A stretch of DNA of 64,000 nucleotides from Chlorokybus atmophyticus. Taxonomy: Eukaryota > Plantae > Mesostigma and Chlorokybus algae. The position numbers and the translations under genes were made by a program. Below, in pieces: positions 52,159-64,000 of the stretch. Each line of letters starts with the position of its first letter. Position 1 is the first letter of the stretch. The stretch covers positions 129,600 through 193,599 of the forward strand of contig RHPI01001052.1 in NCBI GenBank assembly GCA_009103225.1, given 5' to 3'. Below the pieces are notes generated by a model. It had not been told where the DNA came from. It worked only from the letters and a program-made list of their open reading frames with translations, and searched no databases.

Positions 52159-53829
52159 TCGTGTGCCTCATGATCAAGGTACTGCGCCATGATACGGAAT
52201 GACACCTCATCTGACCAGTCCTTGTTCTTGAGGGCTTGCTGCCGCATCTTGTAGTGGAACTTGATGATGAACTCATCATTTGGTGTGGTGCCTGTGCGTC
52301 CGGAGAAGCGCAGAGAGTTGGTTGCTGGTGGGCTCCACTTCTTCGTCATCGTTGTTTGAAGGAGGTGAAGCAGCTTGATGGCAAGGAGTGAAGTGGGAGG
52401 AGGTGAAGCCGGAGACGAGAGACGGGGCGTGAGCCTCTGCTGCTACGGTAACTGCCTCCTTCACTTGCTCGTTTGTAGGTGAGGTTGAAGGTCGGGCTCC
52501 AGCTGCTAAGGTCCCCCTAATGGCAAGGACTGAAGTGGGAGGAGGTGAAGCCGACGACGGGGTGCGAGCCTTTGCTGCTACAATAACTACCTTCTGCACT
52601 TGCTCGTTCGTAGGTGAGGTTGGAGGTCGGCTCCACCTGCTAAGGTCCCCCTCGTCTATTGACAAGAACAGGCTGGGCCTGCTTATACAGCTGATGCAAA
52701 GGTAAAAGTAAATGAAGGGTAGAGTGTTTGTGCTCTACATGGTTATCTCAATGCCGCTACCTCTCACCGCACTAGTGCTCGTGCACACTATGTGATGACA
52801 GTGATAATGATGCACGAGGATGTATCATACTGCCAGCTGGGCTGCACTTCATGTGTGCAGGCTGCAATGCAGGTGTGCAGGATGCAACCACACTCACTTT
52901 AGCAAAGAGGGTGACACTGTGTAAACAAGGCACTACTATAGGTAGTGCTGTTTACACACTTCATTGCGTGAGTGGAAAATGTGTTACACTGTTAGGTGAG
53001 GTGAGTGGGCAAGCAAAACGTGGATGCTATGCCCGCACTGACGCCAACAAGCACACCGCGACCTAGCGCACCAAGCTCACAGCAGCGACAAGCACGGTGC
53101 ACACGAGCATGCACAGACTCTCACATGGTGAGGGGATTTTTGGTAACCAGGACGGCGTGTTCGTAGTTCAAGTCGCTTTACAAGCTCCTAGCTTTCTTGC
53201 TCACATTGTCACTAACTGATTCGGTGAACACCTCGACTTCTTATACAAGTCGAAGTATGATTGTGCAGAACACAAGCTAACAGTCATATCGGGGCCATTC
53301 CCACTAGAAAATCTCCCTCGACATAGAACATAACACGTAACTGAATTCACAGCTGAGACAGCTACGTGCGGTGCCTATGTGGGCTATGGCAATGAGCTAG
53401 TCCAAGGTCATGATCTAGCTACTGGTCAATGATGCGCATGGGTTTGTATGCTGATAGTTTGGGCGAGGGTCTTGATGTAAGCATGCCCAATGCAGGCTGG
53501 CACACGAGGACAATGGGCATAACAAAGGTCCATATATAGGGCGCTGCTTACGGGAGGCCTTGCTAGCATGGCAGTAATTCTGCGAGTCTACTATGGTCCT
53601 ATCCTGTTGGGTGGAGTTAGAGTGCAAGCTACCATGGGCGACTAACCCACCCCCGAATGGGCATTTACACACCACAAAGATGTGCATGAGTTTGCGATCT
53701 TCATTGCGGCTACCATTGTCAACCTAGTGCATCGTGGAGCCGCACAAGAGTGTGTCACACCCCCCCTCATGGTGAGCCCACTCAGCGTGGTCGATAATGG
53801 TCGCAAACTGCGCCTCATCATGGACTTGT

Positions 53830-56420
53830 GACATGGTGGAGGTCCTCCTTCGTCCACACCTCCTCGCCAGTAAACCACACTCGCCACCCGCGCCAAGGAT
53901 GGCGCCGCCGTGCTAGGGTTTAAGCGGTTGGATGCGAAACTTTTAACTCACACAAGTCATGCCTAGTGAGTGCTTATGCCCACAGTCCAAAAGGCATACA
54001 GGGCACAAGCGTCTCATGACTCATTAACAAGTTCTTGAGTTCATGGGCGCGCATACACTTGCATTCCATGCGCTTTATGCACTCGTATACCCACAATTGG
54101 TATCTTTGTCAACCAGGCATGGTTCAAGTTGCATATCAAAGGCGACGTAATGTCTTGTGCATAACCATCTATGCGCGAACGTGGTTAACAACAAATAAAA
54201 TGTCTCTTGCTTAAACACGTTATGCGGTTGGTGGTTGAGTAAATTTTTGGAAGAACCGGGTAGTACAGCAAACACGTATGTTGCGCACTGCCATATGTAT
54301 TTTTACTTGCACCACGGCATACGCATAACTTGTTTCCGCAACACATATATCCTCATTATTTCTTTACAGAGTATATGCAATACACATGCACCTTGCTTAC
54401 TACTTATTGTATTGATCTTATCACTATTAAGCGTGACATTACAAAGCCCACGCACTACCCATGGATCCGAATGGCACCTCATTTGCGGAATAAAAACCGA
54501 ATTATTGATTGTGGTGGCCATATGTGCTTTAAAATACTAATGCGTTGACCCGTGGCACAACCACGGGTACTATGACATACATCTTGCTAGATATGATGTG
54601 TGCATTTGTGGTTGATTGCATGCATGCGCAACACAACTGTGCATCATCAGGTTACATTCAATCTGATACTTATATCTATTATTCAATACATGTTAAGATA
54701 ATTATAATACTAATTAGAAGCGATGATTTATGTATGTGTTTTTCAACCAATGTTTACACATCATGGTGCATGAACAATGATAAATGATGTTTGCATGTAT
54801 ATCTTGTGGCACGATGGCATTGCGAAAAATTACATCATAGTAGCATTAACAATATACGTATCCAATTCAAGCGTTGCTTGACAGAACCTTTGTGTATGCA
54901 ATGTTTTTTGTGTACACCACCTGGCCTCTTTTATTCTATACATTCTTTGTAAATAGTATGCACACTCTCGCTCTGCTAACCACGCGCAACAACGCCACAT
55001 ACGGCTGCCCGTGTGTAAATACATGCTCAGGCAGGTAGACTCTCACTTTGCGTAAGGTATAGCGTTGCAACTTGTTGAGAATCATGGTGAAAGCTGCGTG
55101 TCACATTTTTTGGGAATTGTCTATGCCTTGCCGTAAGCAGCACACCCTTCACATTAAGGGCGATGATAGTCAGGCAAAGAATGAACACTCCTTTGCCTGC
55201 AGTCGATCTCGTAACAACCTTACCATACATCACATGCAGCATGAGGCCTTTACGATGAGACGTGTCTCGCCAGCCCATCAATCTATAAAATATTTGCAGC
55301 AACATGATTAGACTGCCAATCTATAGATGCAGTTCATGTGAAGGTAAGTCAGACGCCATGATGCTATCAAAATTCATAATGAGATGATGGTTCACTTGCT
55401 CATCTTGTAGCATAGAGTCAGCACTGCGATATACTATCTCCTAATCTGCATATTATAGCAAGTTAGTAACCAGCTACAGATACATTTGGGATATTCATAT
55501 ACAATGTCAATGCATTTGTCACCATGTGGGCCACCGACTTATACCATCTCTTAAATGCGCCATCATAAGCATATTGATCTCGTTAACAGTTACATGTTTG
55601 TGCGTGGGGATTGCTTATTGATGGCGTACTTAGCTAGAACTTTCGTGGGTTGGTTATGTAATTTATTATACATGTCTATATGAGTTCATGAAGCGCATGG
55701 AGTGCGCGCCCATGCACTCGTTTAAACATGTATAGTGAATCAAAAACTCTTAATGAGTTATTAACTAATGAGGTAATGAGTTATGAGACTCTTGTGGGCC
55801 TGTTGTGCCCCAAGCACTTGGGGGGCACAAGCACCTACCAGGCATGCATTGTGAATTATAAGCTCCTTATCTAGTCGCTTAAAACCCTAGCATAGCGACG
55901 CCATTTATGAAGTGGGTGGCGAGTGTGTTGACTTTGTGGGTGTACAAGCTCTCAAGCCTTAACCATTGCACCGCCAGCCGCAGCGCCATCGACAAGTCGA
56001 AGACCAAAGAAGCGCGTGACTTTTGCACCAAATATGAAGAAGTAGTACCCATAGTCGTCGCCTAGCACCCTTGTGTGCGGACTTGTCTATAGATCAGGCT
56101 GTATCTATACACTTGCACATGTGTGCACACGTGTCATAATGCACTTGAGTGCTAGGCATAGCCACCATGATATGAGTTCATGAAGCGCATGAAATGCGCG
56201 CCCATGAACTCAAGAACTTAAGAACTCGTTAATGAGTTATGAGACTCTTGTGCCCTTAGTGCCTTGGGCACTTGGGCACAAGGACTCACCAGATGTGAGT
56301 TGTGAGTCACAAGCTCCTTATCTAGGCGCTTGAAACCCTAGCGCGGCGGCGCCATCCTTGGCGAGGGTGGCGAGGGTGGTTTGGAGGAAGGATAGGCGGT
56401 CGACCTCCATGACCACCACA
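53830..56420. repeat. Triplicated ~240-bp unit: 53830-54085 inverted relative to 55677-55935 and 56165-56420
   Basis: Shared ATGCGCGCCCATGAACTCAAGAACTT and AACCCTAGC(A/G)CGGCGGCGCCATCCTTGGCG blocks between the outer copies; the middle copy is more diverged. Confidence 0.85.
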
Positions 56421-57060
56421 CGGGTAAAAAGTGCTCGTGGCAATGGATCAGGACGTGGAAGCCATGGCCAAGGCGACTAGGCTTGCCGCCAATAGGTTGG
56501 CGCGGGCTACCAGTCCGCGTCGCCACACCTTGAGTGAGGAGGAGGAGAGAAGAGCGGCGAGTGAGGAGAGAAGGGTGCGCCCCCCCCGTGGAGGTGGGAG
56601 AAGGGGAGGTGAACAAGGAGGGTGATGGTGACGATGACGAGGACGAAAATGATGAGGAACCGCCCGTCGTCATTTACAAGCGAAAAAAGAGGGAGGCAAG
56701 CCCGCTCTCCAACGCTTCCACCCCGTCCATGACACCCACGGAGGCTATGGCGAGGAGATTGGAGGAGTTGGAGGCGGAAAACATGCGCCTTAAGCGTGGG
56801 AAGGCGCCCGCCATCCCTCATAATGAGCCCGTCGATGAGCCCAACCACCCGCTACTCATGAGCATCCTTCGCCGCGACAAAGGCGACTCCACTACACCCG
56901 ATGCTCGTGCGGAGGCATTGGCCATTCGCTTCAGCGATCCCGCGGTCCCTTGGAAGGAGAACATGAAAAAGCGGGCTCGGCAACACATCGATGCGGCGGC
57001 TTACATTGCCTCGGCGGCGGTCTCCTTCGATTGGATGCCCTCTCACACGGATGACGTTTA

Positions 57061-57815
57061 AGGACCAAGTATGGTCCTTTCACGGACCCCCAGGACCATG
57101 CCTGGTCCGCGGGGGACGGACCGTGCATGGTCCGTTCGGGGTCCCGAATCCTAGTGCGCAGTCACGCACCGGATGTGATGCGTGGCTGGACCAGACATAT
57201 TATTAGTCCTACTAGCCGCGAAAGGCCAGACCATACACGGTTTGCAGCCCGACCAGGCATATTGCCGGTCCGACTATCAATGGGTCGGACCATGCGTGGT
57301 CTGACGGACCATGCGTGGTCTGGACCACAATAATGCCGGACCATATGTGTTGCGGTGAATGAAATCGATGGGACTGGTCCGAACCACACTGATTGGGCGG
57401 ACCGTTGCTAGTGCACGCTCAGCTTATCGGTCATTTTACACAAGTAGCACGCACCATACATGGTCTGCCGCCTTAACAAGCTCTTACTGGTCCAGATGCT
57501 AACAAATTGCGGACCATTCATCCTTAATCTAACCAAGCAGCTATTGGTCCAAATTGTCGTATACTTGCGGACCCTATATGGTCCTTGACTTAACCAAGCT
57601 CTTCCTGGTCTGAAGGTCTGGGAGAGTACGGACAATTCATGGTCCTTATCTAAGCAAGCAGTTATTGATCCACATTGTATCGTATGATTGCGGACCCTAC
57701 ATGGTCCTTGACTTAACCAAGCTCTTCCTGGTCCGAAGGTCTGGGAGAGTACGAACCATGCATGGTTATAGGTTGGTCCGCAGAACAGTGATTGGGACCA
57801 TCGCTGATACACGCT
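57061..57815. repeat. GGACC/GGTCC subterminal-type repeat array, including a ~123-bp higher-order duplication (57567 vs 57690) and CACTA-like ends (TAGTG at 57152-57156, 57409-57413)
   Basis: Dense direct and inverted GGACC(AT)/ATGGTCC motifs read directly. Confidence 0.75.
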
Positions 57816-59239
57816 CAGCTCCTTGACAGTCGCACCATGCATGATGCGACTGTCAAGAATAAGTCTTCATGGCAGCCTCTAGTAACCGTCGATCCAAGCT
57901 TATTAAACGGTGTGCAGTTACTCCATAGAGTTAAGCACCTTGCATGGTGCGACTGTCAACTCACGTGCATGGGCTCAGAGTACCGTGGACTGTGCAGCAG
58001 GGTTTTACCGCTCAGTGAGGTGGCGCCGGCGGAGGGAGCAGGCGGCGGCGCTCTTGTTGGTGGCGGCGGCGGCGGCGGCGGTGGCGGCGGCCTCTTGAGG
58101 GTGTACTTGGTGGCGGAATGCTGGCGCAATATCGATGGCGAGCAAAAAAGCTGTAAAGTTTGCCAAGGACATTAGTATCAAGCTGGGAATCAACTTGTAA
58201 CCAGCCGATAAGAGGAACACCAGTTGTAGGCACCACCGTCGCAGCCAACAGAGTTCCCTACTCATGCCGGAGCAAGCGGCTGATGTGCATGCCACCTGTT
58301 ATCGTTGCTTTGACAGCCTTCACCAGTAATATGTCCTTCACATGCTAGGAGACTGTCAATAAACTGCACGTGCACTAGCTGCCTTGCTGTGTATTGCTGG
58401 CAGTTGATGGTGCCAGTGCATATGGTCTTATTGCTGGATTTCTGTAGGCCTCCCGCAAATCAACATCCGACTGTCCATGTGGCCGGCATCACTACCAGTG
58501 GAGTGGCAGCCACACTTCACCCAAGGCAACAGCCGACTGTTGATGTTGCCAGCACTAGTAGTGACGCAACAGCTCCACTGCAATTCAATCGACAGTCTGA
58601 TCCACAGCCGACCATCAACATGGCTGGCACCAGCAGTGCTGCCCCTGCTCAGCAACCATGGCAACAATCAGACCTGTAAGAGACTGTTGACATGCCAACC
58701 GACGACTTGCATGCGCTGACTAGTAACGAAGAGGCTATTAAAGAACCCGAGCAGCAAGAAGTCTCCCAGAGGATTTGCTCTTGCCAGAGGTGCCATGGCA
58801 AGGTGAGCACTAATCATGTTGCTCATGCTCACTCAACATAGCGCGCACGGTTGTTGGACATGCACTGAGGCTGTCCATGCGACTGTTATGTTCGCCCACT
58901 GCTATGCGCACGACGTTGTGAATGATACTTCATTTGTTGACTGCCCGTTTCTTTTGGCAGTTGATTGACTTGTAGACTGCCGTGGCCCACATGCAACTGG
59001 ACACGGCGGCGCAAGAAAGTATGCACCCACCGCCAATGCCTTCAGCACAATGCGATACCCCTCAACCAGGCGTTTCTTGCCAACAACAAACCTCAAAGAC
59101 ACCTACGCAAAAGATGCTGGATAAGTTCATGTCACTGCTGACAGAGTTGGAGGACTCTCATGCCCAGCAATCGCTAATCAATAAGGTGCTAAAAATTGTT
59201 TTTGGCGCTGAGGATTTAATCGCTCAGTTTGCCAAGGAG

Positions 59240-61589
59240 CCTACTTATGACCACAGTCAGCTGTGAAATGACTCCACGCCTTGCTCGGCCAGCGCAACCC
59301 CTCCCAGCCGGCTGGCATCACGGCTGTCGATGCATTGCTGACTTCCATCGGAATGCCTGAGTCGCAGAGATATACAGCATGCACGAGATGCAGTTATCTC
59401 TTTCCAGATGCTTACCCATCCGGGTTCGAGGACAGCGAGGACAGCTACGAGGCAGATGACAGTCGCCACAAGCTTGTGAAGTGCTTGTAGAAACAGCCGT
59501 GCGGAGGCCAATGCGGGCGCACGGGCAAGGAGTGCATTGACTTTCTGTACACACCCATTGGTTTAAGGCTCGGTCCGTGGCTGCAAGTACCTTCTAGTGC
59601 ATATGACAACCTTGCTGCTTGGCGAGACAAAGACACTTGGCTCAACGTGCTAGCTAACCAGCCCATAGTGCCTCAATGGGAAGATTGGCATGGCAGCAAG
59701 TGGAGAGAGCTGTCTTCTTGGGACTGCATGAAGACCATTCCTCTGCCAAACAAATGCGATTGTGGATGCTACAATGATGACATTGACATGTCCCAGCACA
59801 GGGATGGTTATCAGAAATGGCATTGCAAATGCTCTTGTGACAATGAAGAGGCTGCGCAGCATTGTACTGGAGACCCGCGCAACATTGCGCTCATGCTGCA
59901 CAGTTATGGTTTCAGCTGCGCATCAACTACAAAGCGGAGCAGCCTTGTCATAAACGTTGTTGTACTCAACGGAGGCAAGCGCGTCAGCTCACAGGCTTCT
60001 TCCATCATGCCCATGATGTTTGTCCAAGTTGACGAGCTGCTCGACGCTGATAAAAATTGTCTAAACCCGTTTATGAAGCCCATGCTGGATGAGTTGGAGG
60101 ATTTGTACGTCATGGGCTTCCCTACGCACTACGGTTTGGACTGCAGCCAGGTGGACATCAAGCTCCCTCATCGATCAGCCGGTACGCTTGATACATCTGT
60201 TCACAAGACCTCGTGCGCAACGCTGTGTCATGAATGTGACTGTCAACATCGCCTGTCAACTTAATACCCATCGTAATGAATCGAGCAGAGTAAGCATAGT
60301 CCATTGAGGGCTGTCAAAAACGACTGTCACAATCATGCACTTCATTGGTTGCCACCTTTTATAAGTCCATCGAGCGTTGAGAAGACTGTCAATAGCGACT
60401 GTCACCAGCGACTATCTTTGCAGTGCAGCTGTCTAATGTACGGGACAATCCATGTTGACAGTCGCGGTTGCGTCCTGCGCGTAGCTTTACACGCGCTGCC
60501 CACAAAGCAATGCATCCTGATGCAACGGGTTTTGCAGGTGAAAAGCTTTTCTTGAGAGCCATGGTCATGAACATAGCCGGTAACAATCCCGCTCAAAGCG
60601 AGATGGGGCAATTCAAGAATGGCGGCTTATGCGGTTGCAGGGCTTGTTGCCTGCTTGCAACTCATATCCGGTACTCGATCGTCATAAAAAAAGTCACTCA
60701 AGATCCCAGCACTGGCAACGATGTTGTTGAAGAAACTCGGAGCAACAAGACTGATTTCCACTACGCTAGCAGCCGCTACCATAGTCGCCATCCAATTGCC
60801 AAAAAACAACAAAGGCCACATACCAGCTGGCCGATGAAGTTGAAAGCACAAAAGATCTCAATCGCAAGAAAGAAAAAGCCAAGAAGTATGGCGTCAACGG
60901 GCTGTCGCCTTTGTGGAGGCTTTGGCGAATATACAAGTTTAACCCATGCCAGGACATGGTCTTTGATACCATGCACACGCGACTGGCCAAGAGCTTGACA
61001 GCCTGAACTCTAATGGATGGATGGTGGGGACGAGCAGGTCAGCAAGGCTGAGATTGACAGTCGGCTAATTGTGATGAGAAACGTACGGCCCAGGGAGTTG
61101 AGGCATGGTAACTGCTGGCCACATGGCCTAACCAGTCGCCTTGGATGGTGGAAGGCGCAGGAGCACCAGCTCTTTGTGCGATTTGCTGTGCCTTATGTCT
61201 TTCACAAGCTGCTACGCGAAGAAAGAAGAGACCTCGTTATGTGCCTCCACATGATATTTCGCTTGTTCTTTGACATTTCGCGCCGCTTGGGTTGAGATTC
61301 CGGCCGTCTGGAGCTCGCTGATGCATTGCTCAGGTGCTGGAAGGTGAACAGTGAGATCTGCTTTGGCACTAACAAGAAGATTCAAGAGCACATTGCGGGA
61401 ACTTGCCACCTGCTTGACAACATCCGTCAACATGGCCACCATGATGTGTTCTGGTGCTACGCCTTTGAGCGCTCTGTGAAGCTGTATGTCAACACCCCAT
61501 CTTATGGTAAAGACTACGAGATTAGCTTCATGAAGCGATCTGTCAGGAGATGGTTTGTGCGACTCTTTGGCGCTATGTGTGATGATTAG
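59240..61589 (+). pseudogene. CACTA/En-Spm (Tnp2-family) transposase pseudogene with introns
   Basis: CTRC, DPRNIALMLHSYGF (catalytic DG position reads YG), NPFMKPMLDELEDLY, LRAMVMNIAGNNPA..G..GCRAC, WKAQEHQLF, HLLDNIRQHG..WCYAFER; in-frame stops. Confidence 0.82.
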
Positions 61590-62071
61590 AGGTCAGGTTT
61601 GCTGCTCCACCACAGAGTCGTCAATGCACTGTCTGCAATCTGTAAAACATAATTCAACGGGTCCACCTGGTATGAGGTGGCTACAATCAGACACGCAGAG
61701 GACATATGGGCTCTTGTGGAAGAATATCCCACCTTGGCACACTCTCAGCACATCAAAGAGAAAGGCATATTGATTGGACGAGGAGCATTCAGTACGTAGG
61801 GAACGACGCCTTGTTCGGACGCATCTGCACACAAGAGAACATTGCCATCCATACCAAGTCGCGGCGGACAGTGCGTGACTACAAAGCCTACATGAGGGAC
61901 GGCCTGGTATACAGGTACGTGCTGGCATTGACATCCGTAGAGATGTCCACTTTATGCTGTCCACTACACAGTCTCAACTGTCCATATGGCATTGGCAGTC
62001 ACACAGACTATCAATGTTGGCATTGACAGTCGCAGACTGTCAACGACCGTCAAAGCAACCACTGTTTGCGG

Positions 62072-62178
<107 letters not shown>

Positions 62179-63269
62179 TGCACTCTCACACAGGCGCGAC
62201 TGCAAGGATGCTGTGATGCTTGATGGAAGCAGGTCTGCCATTGTCAGCAAAATCTTCATGTTCTTCCACACGGGGTGCAATGTGTACATTGCCGTCCACA
62301 CGTACAGCCTGCGAAAAGATGCTGCTGGCAATCAATGTATGGACGCGGACTCTGGTGCACTGCATGTGCGCACGTTGGAAGAACCCTACATTCTTGTTTG
62401 AGGGCAGCAGCTGCTGCGCAAAGTGTGGATGCTGACGGACAGTCAAGGCTGCTCCCCTACATGCTGGCTTACAACTTCAGCAACCCAGAGCTGCGATTGC
62501 TAGCAGCTTATATACCTCTCCCCGTATGGCCTAAAACCGGGGATGTGCTGCTTGTAAGACATAAGGATGAGAAGAAGTCGGTCTTTGACTTTCGCGTGCC
62601 CACCGACCCACCAGTCGCTGCATCTGATGCTCCTCCGCCATAAAACGTCGTTGTTCGACAGCCCCAAGTTGACGATGAAGGCAACATGTTGGTTGACTAC
62701 CTGAAGCCTGCTCCTCGACCAGCGAGTGCCCGCCAAGGCATGGCGCGGTGGGTGGTCAATAAAGACTGTCGCAACCAGAAGGTGTCACCCATTGCGGTCA
62801 AGAGGAAGCTAAACTGGCAGCAAGTTGATTAAGGCAGATGGCAAGAGCAGCCAACAACTGAGGTGGTGCGCATGTTCTACAACAGACATGTCATGTACTA
62901 CAAGGCAGGAGAGCCCGAGGCAGGTACGCATAAAGATTTTTGGCAACAGTCCATGCAGCTGTTAAGGTGACTGTCGTTGCGGCTGTTAATTGTGCTCATG
63001 TGTGGTTTCATGTTGTGAGTGGTTGACAGCCTGCAACAAGGCAATACGTGTTACTTACTGTCAATGCGGCTGTCAATTGTGCTCATGTGCTCATTTATGC
63101 TTGTGATGAGTGGTCATTACTAAAGGAGGCATAAAAACACTGATGTTCATTTTAGGCATTAACACGCTTGTATTATACACAGATTATGTACACCAAGAAG
63201 GTTCAGATGTACCTTAGATCCGCTGGTAGTACGCAAAGGCAATCGTTCTATATACACATGGCGCCTGCA

Positions 63270-63590
63270 GTGCGTGCCGTTCACGGCACAAGCAGTCAAC
63301 TTCTTCGGCGCAGACGGCACAACCAGGCTGTGCCGTCGGGACTTCCTGGTAAAAAAAGCCGTCCGCGGTCGGTACGCAGACTGCAGTCTTGTGCCGGCGT
63401 CGGCGCCTTTGCTCCCTTGTGCCATTGACGGCACAAGACAGTCCAAGCTGAAGTCGGCACAACAGAGCTGGTGCCGTGATCGGTACAAGGTTCCACATCC
63501 CGATCACGGCACGAGACTAGCGATCCGTTAACGGTTCGTCAATCATTGTGCCGCTACCGGTGCAGAAAACTTATGCCGAGAGCGGCACAG
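63270..63590. repeat. GTGCCG/CGGCAC motif array, probable transposon subterminal region
   Basis: Repeated (GA)CGGCAC(AA) and (TT)GTGCCG in both orientations downstream of the CACTA genes; no matching TIR pair established. Confidence 0.55.
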
Positions 63591-64000
63591 TAGACTTGTA
63601 CTGTAGCAAAGCAGCAGCCTTCTCTCCTCCTGCGCTGTGACCGGCAGCGAATTACATCAATGGCTTGTGCCGAGAACGGCACAACACCCTCGTACCGACC
63701 AGCAGCCTTGGAGCTGAGCTGAGCTGGGTCGGAGCGGATGCTGAGCTGCATGCTTGGAGGAAGAGAAGGAGGCGGCGGCGCGAGCTGCTGCTGCTGGTTT
63801 ACTTGGAGAAGCCAGTGGCGTGAGCTACTGCTGCTGCTGCTGCTGAGCTGCTTATGAGAAGAAGCTGCTTCTACCAAGAAGCAGATCTGGCAAAATTTGC
63901 ACATCAGCTGGAGCTGGAGCTGAGCTGCGGCAGGTTGGATGAAGCTGTCTGGATTCTTGGGTTCTCGAGGACGGTGAACTGAGCTGCTGCTGCGGAACTG

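Larger units (their letters stand above)
42450..52700 (-). mobile_element. Degenerate Ty3/gypsy LTR retrotransposon, order gag-PR-DNMT-RT-RH-INT, 3'-truncated; own LTRs not identified
   Basis: gag (FSGRTG..FIIKF..WSDE..YLDHEA; two CCHC knuckles CHWCGRHGHYLREC and CDYCHKAGH at ~50630-50760), protease remnant VML..GAQLVIIG (~47300-47345), RT (WRMCGDYRPLN, LDMRQGYNQI, MPFGLKNAP, YIDD), RNase H (FILHTDWS..VSYASR), integrase (LGHFG..YWW..C..C; EHFSKWVE; HPQADGLAER). Many stops and frameshifts. Confidence 0.92.

Noticed and set aside
57061-57815. CRISPR-like array
   Set aside because: Eukaryotic context, irregular spacing, both orientations and no unique spacers; it fits transposon subterminal repeats.
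63554-64000. Ser/Gln/Ala-rich minus-strand ORF at the window edge
   Set aside because: Low complexity with stops in each frame; product unsupported.

Overview
Eukaryotic nuclear DNA with many short GT-AG introns. Plant-type plastid transit peptides, a plant-like crooked-neck N-terminus and telo-box (AAACCCTAG) promoters point to a green alga, probably an early-diverging streptophyte (inference, not proven). The left ~36 kb is gene-rich: PRA isomerase (TRP1), crooked neck/CLF1, a bacterial-type heparinase II/III-like lyase, a coiled-coil CxxC-DR protein, an acidic plastid-type protein with colinear motif similarity to pTAC12/HEMERA, a PH-domain class-I-type PI3-kinase and a plastid beta-carbonic anhydrase. 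The right ~28 kb is nested, decayed transposon DNA: a CMC-like transposase relic, a Ty3/gypsy retrotransposon carrying a C5 DNA methyltransferase domain between protease and RT (itself interrupted by a solo LTR and two different TRIM-like miniature LTR elements that each carry a tRNA 3'-half), an inverted triplicated promoter-like repeat, and a CACTA/En-Spm transposase pseudogene with repeat arrays. Top leads: class I PI3K in a green-lineage genome, the DNMT-bearing gypsy, the tRNA-half TRIMs and the HEMERA-like gene. All family assignments rest on motif recognition from memory; no searches were run.
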